From: Octopus sinensis
Taxonomy: Eukaryota
Length of the DNA: 64,000 nucleotides
Reading direction: 5' to 3'
NCBI RefSeq assembly: GCF_006345805.1
Contig: NC_043004.1
Span: 71,176,001-71,240,000 of the forward strand
Shown one piece after another: positions 1-11,856 of the stretch. Both the position numbers and the translations under genes were made by a program. Within the stretch, counting starts at the first letter, position 1; every line of letters begins with the position of its first letter. The notes under the pieces were generated by a model. That model saw only the letters and a list, made by a program, of their open reading frames with translations. It ran no database searches and was not told the DNA's origin.

Positions 1-382
1 GCAACTTCAAGTAGATTCTAATATAATAATATGCGGTGGCGTTCAGTTGCATGAGGAGTTATAGGAAAAATCAAAAGGCTTAAGACTGCTAATCAGAATA
101 TGTGACAGCTTTCACTGAGATAGCCTTGGCTTAGGCAGGATATAGCTAGAGCATCATTTTAAATAGCCAGAGTACGTGTGGATCCATCCTCACATACATA
201 CACTGAGCCACTTACATCTCCACGTGTCTCAGTAGATATATATATATATATATAATATATATATATATATACATCATGAATCCGTGTACACGGTTATTGT
301 AGACGTATATATACTTATATATCTATATATAGGATATATATGCACAAATATACAAATATATGTATGTAGACTATATATATAT

Positions 383-426
<44 letters not shown>

Positions 427-1100
427 GTATATATATATATATACAATATACATATATATATATTATATATATAGATTAAGTCGTATGTGAATGCCTTAGT
501 GTCATATGCTGTAATTACATGGTTTTATGGAATTATGAGCGGAAATGATGGCTACTACAAAAATGTTATGCTCACAGTGTTCAGGAGGAAAGTATATGTA
601 TTTATGTGTGTATATATATATATACGCAATTTTGTGCGTGTATTTATATATGCGATATATATGAGCGAGCAATTTATGAATGCGTGCGAGATTATTTGTG
701 AGAGTGTGCGCATGTGTAAGCGTTGAATTTTTGCGCGTTAATGTTACTGTGTCCTATAATAGACAGAAGAGAGAGAAGGAGCGCGAATAAGAGAAAGAAA
801 GAGGGTGGCATGGAGAGCGATTGTGATAGAGAAAGAGAAAGAGAGAGAGAGAACGACAGTGACACAAGGAGTGCTTGGGAGAAATAGGGAAATTATATTT
901 AACAGGTAGATCAATTGTTAGAGTAGTGAGCCCTGAACTATTAAAGCAATCACTTACCAACAACATTGATTTCTTATCGATTTTCATATTTCTGAGGCCT
1001 TTACACGCTTATGTGCCAAGTGAACCATGAAATTGAACTGGGTTAATTACTTACAGCGCTCACGCATGCATCATCTTCTCACAGATCCATAATGCAGTAG

Positions 1101-1166
<66 letters not shown>

Positions 1167-1361
1167 TCCCCCTGTATATCTACGTATGTATATCTATACA
1201 TCAATACATATTCATATATATGCACATGTATAGATATATGAAAACACATATATATACATACAAACAGTACATAGATACATGGGCGTTTTAGCATACATTT
1301 TATACACATCTACGTATATACACTTATGCATATATATATATATATATTATATATATATATG

Positions 1362-1393
<32 letters not shown>

Positions 1394-1488
1394 TCTCTAT
1401 CTATATATATATATATATTATATATATAAATATTATATATATATATATATATAATATATTATATATATATTATATATATATATATATA

Positions 1489-1649
1489 CAGGAGTGGCTG
1501 TGTGGTAAATAGCTTGGTAACCAACCACTTGGTAACGGGTTCAGTCTCACTGCGTGGCTTCTTGGGCAAGTGCCTTCTGCTATAGCCCCGGACCGACCAA
1601 TGCCTTGTGAGTGGATTTGGTAGACGGAAACTGAAAGAAGCCTGTCGTA

Positions 1650-1689
<40 letters not shown>

Positions 1690-1900
1690 TATGTGTGTTT
1701 GTTTGTCTGTTTTGTCCCCCTAGCATTGCTTGAAAACCGATGCTGATGTGTTTACCTCCCCGTCACTTAGCGGTTCGGCAAAACAGACCGATAGAATAAG
1801 TACTGGGTTTACAAAGAATAAGTCCCGGGTCGATTTGCTCGACTAAAGGCGGTGCTCCAGCATGGCCGCAGTCAAATGAATGAAACAAGTAAAAAAAAAA
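1489..1900 (+). mobile_element. tRNA-headed SINE, family A (CORE-like segment, internal (TA)n), near full length
   Basis: Head GGAGTGGCTGTGTGGT...GGGTTCAGTCTCAC (A/B-box-like), CORE-like TTGGGCAAGTGCCTTCT, 3' half ending GGTGCTCCAGCATGGCCGCAGTCAAATG..GAAACAAGTAAAA. The same sequence recurs at 14.6, 31.4, 33.2 and 46.5 kb. Confidence 0.85.
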
Positions 1901-2025
1901 TAAAAAAAATATGTGTGTATATTTACATGTCTATGTATACGATTTATATGTGTGTAACTATGGAAGTCTGTTTTTCTAGTTTAACTATCTATTTGTATGT
2001 ATATATAAATATATGTACATATAAG

Positions 2026-2101
<76 letters not shown>

Positions 2102-2417
2102 TATATATGTATATATATATATATTGCTTTTACGTTCAGTGATACTAGAAAAAATGTTACAATAATCTGATGGGTTACTCTATACATTTATACTTTTGTT
2201 GATTGCAACTTTATTAGTAATTAACATGAACATTATTGACAATGACTAATATATATGTGTGTGTGTGTGTGTGTGGGTATTACGGAGATATACTTGCATA
2301 GCAAATGACTTGATCTGAGATCGTGTCCTGGAGAGAAAACAATTGCAGCGGAGAAGGTGTTTATAAGCCATTGAAAACACAAATACCGTTAGATTCACTT
2401 CAACATTTAAATTTAAT

Positions 2418-2466
2418 TTGGCAAAATATTTTCATCGATTTGAGACCGCGACCTGTTCACTGATAA
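2418..2466 (-). ncRNA. Degenerate minimal type I hammerhead-like motif with a G3-C8 core variant
   Basis: Minus strand: ttatca GTGAACA g gtcgc ggtctcaaa tcgat GAAA atat TT tgccaa. Palindromic helix III (AAUAUU); helix I has 2 mismatches. Confidence 0.45.
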
Positions 2467-2533
2467 AAATTCCGTGCTGAATCTCTATCCCTCTCTCTCT
2501 CTCAGCTTCCCTCCCTCTCATGTCTGTCTCTCA

Positions 2534-2617
<84 letters not shown>

Positions 2618-3168
2618 GAAACAACAGAAGTGCGGTTCAAATTTCACAACAGTTGTTTCGACAGCATTTTATTGACGCCCTGTTAGATAGCATCATGGGA
2701 AACGCTGGCATCCTGAGATATGTTATAAAATATGAAAGAGAAGGTGACCAGTTCAATAAGAACCATGATGGATAAGTCACATGTATATATGTTGCTATGT
2801 GAATAGTTGAGCCCTGGTCAACTCTCTTTCATCTTTCTATTACAAAAGTTCTTTAGTTCTTTGAATGGAACAATATTGTCCAGTATGTCAGCCATTTGAC
2901 TGATTGAGAACTGTTGCATTCTCATCCTTTCAACTCACCTATTCATGATATTCTGTTTTTCTGGTTGGTTATGAAAATTCTGATGAAATTTCAGGAATGA
3001 GGCTTTTACGTGGCTCCTGTTTTGCAAACTCATTTTCATTATCTCTTGATTTTTTGATCTCAGGAATATCTACGTTATGCAGTCAAAAACAAACGAACAA
3101 CGACAGTCATGCTGTGCGTGGGACAAACACAGACATGCATAAAATATATAAATATATCTATCAATCTT

Positions 3169-3223
<55 letters not shown>

Positions 3224-3682
3224 TAGAGGGAAACCACTATGTGGACACCCATATGCTAGAAATAGATCCGCTATGGTCTTACCACTAAGAAATGTTCTCA
3301 AGAAAAATTTAGCAAAACAACCAAAGCGTAATCGAGCAAGACAGAAGAAAAAACAATAAGAATATGTATATAATACAATTTTACTGAACCTTTAGTTCTG
3401 TATATGCTAGACCACGGGTGTGACATCGATGTTAATTAAATTAATATCTAATTGTAAATTTAAATATATATATATATATATACATGTATATTTGAGTGTA
3501 CGTATACTTATATATCTATCTATATGTTTGTCTGTCAGATTTTCAAGAGTTGACTTTGAAATAGCAACAAACATTTTCCTTATATGTTTGTATGTATATA
3601 TATGTGCAGATTTGTATGTCTTCTTTTATGCATGCCATCTCATGCATGCAGTTGCATGCCTAAACATTGTCATATATATTTA

Positions 3683-4355
3683 AATGATAATCTTCTGTAA
3701 AGATTCACAGATCTTTACAGTCCCATTGATGGCCTCGATCTGTAGTCCTCGAATCAGCTTTATCATCTCTGGTTTGGAGAAGCTAAATTTCTGAAGATAG
3801 GTATTTAAGCAGTGTGTTACATACCTCAAGGCCCCAATAATTACTCCTATAAAGCTGAACTTGTAATTTGGATAGTGTAACTGAAGATTTCTCAATAGTT
3901 CAGCGTATGTAATCTCTTTTATACTGACTTTTAGATTTATATTAAAATCTGCTGGGCAGCTGATTTCCACGACTGTACACAATTTCTCTTATCTATCCCA
4001 AATCATTATATCAGCTCTGTTGTGCTTACATTTTATTGAGGTCTTCACTGGTACATTCTACCAGTACTCCTTTTTATTATGAGTGGCTATGGCTTCTACT
4101 ATACTGTGGGGTTTTATTTCTTTACGTTCGAGGCCATCCTTTCATTAAAGAGCGTCCTATCTATATCATGTCTCATTTGTAGCGTGATGACATTTTCGCA
4201 CAACTGCTTATGGTTTGGGTGATATCTTCGGGTTATGTCCACTAAGCTTGCATCACTTGTCTTATTGTATTGCTTTTCATGCATCTCTATCCCTTTTGCG
4301 CATGAAGTATTAGGTTGATATTCCCTGTTCCAGAATTGTAAACGTGTACCTACAA
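3683..4355 (-). mobile_element. 3' fragment of a non-LTR retrotransposon with restriction-like endonuclease (R4/NeSL type), degenerate
   Basis: Translation ...KEYW*NVPVKTSIKCKHNRADIMIWDR*EKLCTVVEISCPADFNINLKVSIKEITYAELLRNLQLHYPNYKFSFIGVIIGALR..., matching the PD..D/E-x-K RLE pattern; stops and frameshifts present. Confidence 0.8.
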
Positions 4356-4645
4356 AGTGGTATGTATGTGTGTATGTATGTATGTATGTATGTATGTATG
4401 TATGTATGTATGTATGTACGTATGTACGTATGTATGTATGTATGTTTTTGTTTTTCTTTGGGTTTAATTTAAGTTCTTCACAGTATTCAAGTCGTTTGCT
4501 AACAAAACAAGAAGACTTTCTTTAATGAGAGCTCCCGATATTGGTAAACATGTGGTTGAGTTGATCAGTTGGTTGAGCTGTCGATGCATACAGCCAAATA
4601 TGCGCATCTACTTATAAACACCTTTTGCATAGGCAATTTCTAGAA

Positions 4646-4890
4646 TTCTGTTGTGTCTGGGGAGAGTCATTTTCTCTTTGTGCCTTATAATGTAACACAC
4701 TCACCGGTAAAATTTCCACTTATTTCTTATTTTTATTTTCCTAAAATTTTCGTTGCGGCTTGCGACATTTTTAATAGCCTTGTGTTACATTATAAGGCAC
4801 AAAAATAAAATGACTCTCCCCATACACAACAGAATATGCCTCAACACACGAACTCATATAAAGAATCTTGCAAACCAAATCCAAAAACGA
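4646..4890. mobile_element. PLE pseudo-LTR-like repeat with a ~55-bp inverted duplication
   Basis: 4646-4700 is the inverted copy of ~4781-4835. The flank GCAAGATTCTTTATATGAGTTCGTGTGTTGAGG resembles the PLE terminus at 13640-13685. A related copy lies at 24615-24745. Confidence 0.65.
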
Positions 4891-5152
4891 AATTTCTAGA
4901 ATGTCTTACAAATATTCACTGCGCCATTATAAATTGACTTTGGAGAATCCGGGTCAGTTTCTTTTGCTGTTTTTCGGTGAAACCAAGTATTTCTAGGTTG
5001 TGTTGAATTGCACATAAATACGCCCGTCCGTACGTGCGTGCATATGTATGTATATACGTACGTACGTATGTATGTATGTTTGTATTTATGTATATATGTA
5101 TGAATATAATTCCGAATCACCAGACTGAAATTCAAAACAGTTTTTACTTCCC

Positions 5153-6360
5153 TCATTAGGGAACTGTTATATATGCTCTCGATTGCGATCTAGTCAGTGA
5201 TTCTGAAATATGCGTGCAATCTCTTGTATCTGCATTTGACTCAGCTTGTGATGATTTTGGCTTTACCATCAACCTGAAAAAAAAAATGAAACAGTTGTAA
5301 TGTATCAACCTGCATGTGGTGCTGTTTGCAACCCATCTAAAATTTCTGTTTATATGAAGATTTTGATTTCTTCACCTATCTTCGAAGCTTCGTACAAAAT
5401 GATGGAAATCTCGATACAGAAATGTGTCTGTGAATGCAAAGGGTAGAACAGGCATTTGGTGGTTTGGAGCCACGTGTTTGGCACCAGCGACATACAAATA
5501 ACAATACAAAATTGGCTCTTTACAAATCATTGTCTGGTGTTTTCTTCTGGAACGTGGGTATATTATAAAAGACATTTCAAATTGTTAGAACAATTCCACC
5601 AAAAATGCCTCATCGCATTTTAAGCATTAAATGGAGTTCTTTTACTCCAAACACTGATGTCCTTACGTCTGCAGGCATCACCTCAATTAAAGCTATGATT
5701 CTGGAAATCCAAAGGAGATGGTTTATCCATATTGTTCGAATGGCAGATGAACGCACATCCAAACAACAGTTTCATGGAGAGCTTGCAGAGGGGAAATGCT
5801 ATTGGTGTAAACCTCAAAAGGAGTTTAAAGACGAAATAAGGACTACCATGAAGTCACTTGGAATGGATGCAGAGGACATACATACCCTTGCTTCAGATCG
5901 ATCTGGATGGCGAACAAAAGTGTGAAGTGGAGTAAAAGCGTTTGAAGAGGCCAGTAAAATACATGCAAGACTCAAGGGAGATTTAAAGAAGAATATTACG
6001 ATCGAGATGAATCACAATGACCTTTGTGTGTGCACAGTTTGTGACGGATCATGCCTTTATTTTACAGGGCTCAAATTTCATTTGCGGACCCATGAAATAC
6101 GAACCTCCACCAAATATTCTGAATATATGTGTGTGTACCCCAATCAATGCTGTGTATGCCATAAGTTCTTACAATCTAACGGAGGCCTCAAAAAGATATT
6201 TTAAGATCCCAAAATATCAGATCTTAACTGCAGATCTTGGTGGTCCAAATCGGATATGCAATCTCTGTGGGTGCTTTTCAAAACATTGTCTGTTTAAAAA
6301 CCCATATCAGACGCCATAATGGATCTAAGGTGTAAGTACAGGAGGTGGTCAACCACCGTG
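5153..6360 (+). mobile_element. RTE-clade LINE, 3' part (RT C-terminus, C2H2-like tail, 3' UTR), degenerate
   Basis: IRELLY(A)DDCDL-like RT motif at 5153, then ...ILSIKWSSFTPNTDVL...QRRWFIHIVRMADERTSKQQFHGEL...DRSGWRTKV and CTVCDGSC...LKFHLRTH. The same 3' end recurs at 47975-48420. Confidence 0.85.
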
Positions 6361-6805
6361 TATGTATGTATGCATGTTTGTATGTATGAATGTATGTATG
6401 TTTGTATGTATGAATGTATGTATGTATGTATGCATGTTTGTATGTATGAATGTATGTATGTTTGTATGTATGAATGTATGTATGTATGTATGTATGCATG
6501 TATGTATATATGTATGTATCTGTGTATGCATGATTGTATGTATGAATGTATGTATGTTTGTATGTATGAATGTATGTATGAATGTATTTATGTATGTATG
6601 TTTGTATGTATGAATGTATGTATGTATGCATGTATGTATCTATGTATGTTTGTTTGTATGTATGAATGTATGTATGTTTGCATGTATTAATGTATGTATG
6701 AATGCATGTATGAATGCATGTATGCATGTATGTATGTATGTATATATGTATGTATGTATGCATGTATGTATGCATGTATGTCTGTATGCATGTATGTATG
6801 TGTAG
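6358..6805. repeat. (TATG)n-derived compound microsatellite with ~60-bp higher-order duplication
   Basis: 6361-6420 is nearly identical to 6421-6480; variant units TATG/CATG/TTTG/AATG. Confidence 0.9.
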
Positions 6806-8374
6806 AGAGACAGAAAACATCCAAGAGCTGATAACTTTAATCTATATAAAAGCTTCTAACTGCGGTGAAAAGCAATTTTAGCCGAGAGGAGTTCAATCGA
6901 TGCCACTATGCTCAGTATATGACAGGTTGCCTCCCGTATTGAAACCAGAACGCTGAAATGGCAAAACGTAACTTGGCATTACGAAACTTCTTACATAAAT
7001 AGCCGGAAGCAATCCTGCAAGTTGTTCTTCAGATTCTAACGTCTTTGCCCGTTCGCCAACATCTTCAGCACGTATATTTCTCCATTTATTGACAACGGTA
7101 CTTGTTGCGTCACCACGCTTTACAATGGTCGCATTCATTCTCTTACCTATTCAAATCTATACTGCCTTTCATTCTTTCTCTCCACACACACACACACACA
7201 TACACACACACATATATATAAAATAGATAGAATGTGTTAAGATTTGTGAGATTCAGTGAGAGGAAGAAAGAGAGTGTGAAAAAGAAAGAAGCTTTTATAT
7301 ACGGATATGGACCAACAATAACATTTTGAAGTTACATAACAATCGAAGATACAGAAATATGACGCAATAAATTTGTAAAAACATGAAGTATTCAAGATGG
7401 AATCAGTGGAATATTTCTGATGGAGAGATTTCCTCGATTGTGTTGATTTGCCGCCAATATTCCTCGTTTCAATAGAACGTGTTTGCTAAACATTTAGATT
7501 GCACTATGCAGTGGTTTTATGAGGAAAATATCCAAACCTTACAATGTTAGCGAATCAAACAGCCAGAAGAAATATTAATATCGTTATTCGGATGGTGAAT
7601 AAATTATTAAACCAAAGTAATATCGATGAACTTGGAAGAAGACGATGAACATGACTGAAAACCTGTGAAATCTGTATCACTGAAGTGTATCAAATTAATG
7701 TTTCTACAGTGGCAGACGACATGCCGTTGTCGAAATTAAATCGCCTTCATCATAATTCCACTGGTTATAAAGCGCCCGTCCCCGCTACCGTCACACTGGG
7801 TGGACGTGTGGGATTTATGGCGCACTACAACGTGTGAAATCGCTTCTTAGACAACATGGCTCCTGTATAGAGAATACAGGTTGTATTTCATATGAAATTA
7901 ATAACTAATCTCCCTTGAAGGTGTTATTACGTTTACCTGTATATTTTATGACAAAATGATGAAAAAAATACAACGGATAAAACGCTGTACGAAACAACAT
8001 TTTTATAATCTTTTGAACTGCAAGGCATAGCAGCTTAATTTCACTCATATATTATCTTATCTTATTTAAAGTCTGTATTGTTAGTCAATGATTAATAGAG
8101 TCGGAATAATATAAAGGTATGTGTAAAAGACTGACTGGGAGCTGCTAGAATACTTGCTATAATTCTGCAAGTAAGTATTTTAATCGTTGATGTCACGAAG
8201 AATATACACAAACCTGATCTCAGATCATACAAAAGATTGATATCGATTTCAAATTTTGGCACAATGCCAGTAATATCACGCGAGAGCTAAGTCGATTATG
8301 TTAATCCCAGTGCTCAACAGTTACTCGTTATATCGATTCCGAAATGTTAAAAAGGAAAGTCACATTCATCCTGC

Positions 8375-8519
8375 AGTTATTCTGTGCAGGAGTCTCTAAT
8401 TTGCATACCCCAAATTTTTATCCGCTTTATAAACTGGATATATACTCAAGAAATGCAGCACTTATTCTATGAAGGAGTCCCTAAATTGCATACCTAAAAG
8501 TTTCCAGTAAAAAGAATAG

Positions 8520-8554
<35 letters not shown>

Positions 8555-9322
8555 CGTGTATATTAAACACATAAAGAGGCTTCCAAATAGGAAACCTTTG
8601 TGCTAGAAAGAGTAGTAGAAAACTCAAACCACTAATTAGGGATAAATTCTCAAAAGGAATGAAAATTAAAACGGTTTACCATCACATTTAGATCCTAGAC
8701 TACGTAAATATTTTTTTTACTGGAAACTTTTCGGTATGCATAGAATAGCTGCTGTATTTGTTGAGTATATATACAGTTTATAGGGTGTTCAAAATTTTCG
8801 GTATGCAAATTAGGGACCCCTGCATAGAATAACAGCTGCATTTGTTGAGTATTTTAACGGTTTATAGATTGTTAAACATCTTCGGTATGCGCGGCTCCGG
8901 CAGGGGATGGTGGTGATCCCTGCTGTACTATTTCACCACAACTTTCTCTCACTCTTATTTTCTGTTTCTGTTGTACCTGTATTTCAAAGGGCCGGCCTTG
9001 TCACTCTCTGTGTCACGCTGAATATCCCCGAGAACTACGTTAAGGGTACACGTGTCTGTGGAGTGCTCAGCCACTTACACGTTAATTTCCCGAGCAGGCT
9101 GTTCCATTGATCGGATCAACCGGAACCCTCGTCGTCGTAACCGACGGAGTGCTTCCAGATTGTTAAACATTTCCGGTATGCAATGTTAGGAACTCCTGCA
9201 TAGAATAACTGCTTCAATTGTTCAGCACATATACAGTTTATAGAGTGTTAAACATTTTCGGTATGCAAATTAAGGACTCTTGCATAGAATAACTGCTGCA
9301 TTTGTTGAGTATTTAAACAGTT
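8375..9322. repeat. ~85-bp unit repeat (TGCATAGAATAACTGCTGCATTTGTTGAGTA...TTCGGTATGCAAATTAGGGAC) in direct and inverted copies
   Basis: Direct copies at ~8715-8890 and ~9157-9322; inverted copies at ~8375-8510. Confidence 0.75.
8891..9156 (+). mobile_element. 5'-truncated SINE, family B, with a 25-bp target-site duplication
   Basis: Nearly identical to 23845-24113. Flanked by AGATTGTTAAACATCTTCGGTATGC (8866-8890) and AGATTGTTAAACATTTCCGGTATGC (9157-9181). Confidence 0.85.
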
Positions 9323-9391
9323 TACACATACATACATGAAACATACAAACATACATACATACATACATACATACGTACATACATACATACA

Positions 9392-9423
<32 letters not shown>

Positions 9424-9469
9424 CATACATACATATATACTTATATACATATATATATATATATATATA

Positions 9470-11071
9470 CAGTTGCGGCCAAAATGTTCAGAACGGCATT
9501 GTTTTTGTCAGAAAAGTAAGTATAAATTTTTATCAAAGTAGTTTTATATTCTATAATTTTCACAAACAATAAATACAATATTTATTGTTATTGTCTGAGA
9601 TTTTGGTGTAATTTCAGAGGATAATACAAAAGCTATGGATGATTTAGTGATTTACTGCAAAACCCATGGCGGCCAAAATGATCAGAACGGTTTAAAAAAT
9701 AAAATAATCAAAAGTGACAGAGAATACTGGAATTATTTAATATTTAAGCCCTTTAGCTTCAATCAGACTCTGACATCTTCGACTGCATGAGGAAATTAAA
9801 TTTTCAATTTCTTGCTGGGTGATCTTATTCCATTCTTCCTGAAGGGCATTCCATAATTGCTCAGTTGTTTTAGGATTTCTGCTTTCGAACGTTTTCCTTG
9901 AATATTCAATACGTTTTCAATAGGATTGAGATCTGGGCTTTGAGCAAGCCAATCCATAACAATAACCTTTTCAGCCTTGAGGAAGTTCATGACCACCTTA
10001 GCCTTCTGACATGGGGCATTGTCCTGCATGAATATGGGTGGTCGCTTAGTTGAATTTCTCAGCACAGGCAAGACATGATCTTTTACGAGTTGTTTATAAA
10101 CTCCTGCATTTACCTTTCCATGTAATCGCACCAAAGGGCCCACACCATCTCCAGATACCATCACCCAAAACATGACACTTCCTCCACCGAATTTAACACT
10201 AGTCTTAAGGCATTTAGGCGACAATTTTCACCTACTTTTCGACGAACGTACCTTTTCCCATCTGAGCCAAATAACATAAACTTAGATTCATCACTGAAAT
10301 GCACCGTTTGCCATTTTTCTTGAGACCACAACACATGTTCGGTTGCAAAAGTAAGACGACACTTTTTATTCTTGGAGCTGATCAGTGGCTTCACTGCAGG
10401 TGCTCTTGCTTGTAGGTCATGTTCAACTGAAGGATGAGACAGGTTTTCGAGATAAGTTTTCTTCAATACAATGCTCATTTTCCGAGAAACAGCAGCAGCA
10501 GTTTTAAATCTGTCCTTTTTAACCAACTTTACCATAGCACGATCTTCTCTCTTGGTCGTTTTTCTTGGCCTACATGTAAACTTTCTTGCTTCACACGAAC
10601 CACAATCATCGTAGATCTTAAGAACACCGTGTACAACACTTTTTGCCTTGTTAACGATCTTTGCAATAGATCCAATACTTAAATTATCCTTCCTTCGAAG
10701 CTTAACAACCTGCTGACGAATTGGTAACGAAGTAAGTGGCATTATATTAACAAAGTACACTGCAAATATTAGTAAACGAACCGTCACGTAAACAAATTCA
10801 AAACATTAGTGTTCAGCGGTTAAATATACTAAAACACGGAGTAAAAGCAACCGTTCTGATCATTTTGGCCGCCTTGGGTTTTGCAGTAAATCAGTAAATC
10901 ATCCATAACCTTTGTATTATCCCCTCAAATTACACCAAAATCTCAGGCAGTAACAAATAATATCGTATTTATTGTCCGTGAAAATTATAGAATATAAAAC
11001 AACTTTGATAAAAAATTATATCTACTTTTCTGACGAAAACAATGCCGTTCTGAACATTTTGACCGCCACTG
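9470..11071 (-). mobile_element. Full-length Tc1-family DNA transposon, IR-DR type, ~1.6 kb
   Basis: ~223-bp terminal inverted repeats (9470-9692 and 10849-11071), each with two GCGGCCAAAATG(T/A)TCAGAACGG direct repeats; TA flanks; internal transposase. Confidence 0.93.
9737..10742 (-). pseudogene. Frameshifted Tc1 (DD34E) transposase
   Basis: MPLTSLPIRQQVVKL... HTH region, RPRKTT, VHFSDESKF, KFGGGSVMFW, FMQDNAPCQ, W.AQSPDLNPIENV, C-terminal LISSCSRRCQSLIEAKGLKY*. Split over several frames. Confidence 0.9.
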
Positions 11072-11074
11072 TAT

Positions 11075-11186
<112 letters not shown>

Positions 11187-11300
11187 ATATTTCGGAATGG
11201 TCATATTGCCAGTTTAGCCAATAAAAACACACGCACTATATATTTGGTGTTATTTTGCTTCAGTGATATTTATTTTTTACATTAATCTTGATCTTATTTC

Positions 11301-11345
11301 GGCCAAAGTTCTTTCGTCACGCTCCTGTGACCGCATCAGTGGTCC
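11301..11345 (-). ncRNA. PLE-associated minimal type I hammerhead variant
   Basis: ggacca CTGATGC g gtcac aggagc gtgac GAAA gaac TT tggcc. 5-bp helix II, bulged helix I, A9 replaced by C; same strand as the PLE ORF. Confidence 0.55.
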
Positions 11346-11663
11346 TTTGTTTTCTTCTCACTTACTTGTGTCTCCCCTTACTAACCGTCAGCCATTTGGT
11401 ATTTCTATTGTATGTCTTCATTTGCGCATGCTTATATCTCTATGTGCGTCTATGTTTATTTAGTGTGTGTGTGTGGGGGGGATGCCTGTAATATTTCTAT
11501 CTTCTGTTTATATACATTCTTGTAATTTGTATTTTGTTTTTGTTGTTGTTGCTTTTGTTCGAATTTTGTTCATGTGTTTACATCCACCCATTATTATCAT
11601 TAATATGCTTGTATGTATAACAACAATATTAGTAATAATAATAATAAATCTAATCGAAAAAAA

Positions 11664-11734
<71 letters not shown>

Positions 11735-11856
11735 TACACACATATATACACATATACATATATATATATATATATACACACATACATATATATAGTTATT
11801 CATTTCTATTTCTTTAATTTTCTGTGTATTTATTATGTTTGCAGGATCCACTATCG

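Noticed and set aside
3415-3435. AACATCGATGTC palindrome as hammerhead helix III
   Set aside because: GAAA is absent and there is no upstream core.
7300-8050. Possible old DNA-transposon fragment (ISDGEIS-like peptide)
   Set aside because: Too short and degenerate; no TIRs or catalytic motifs were found.
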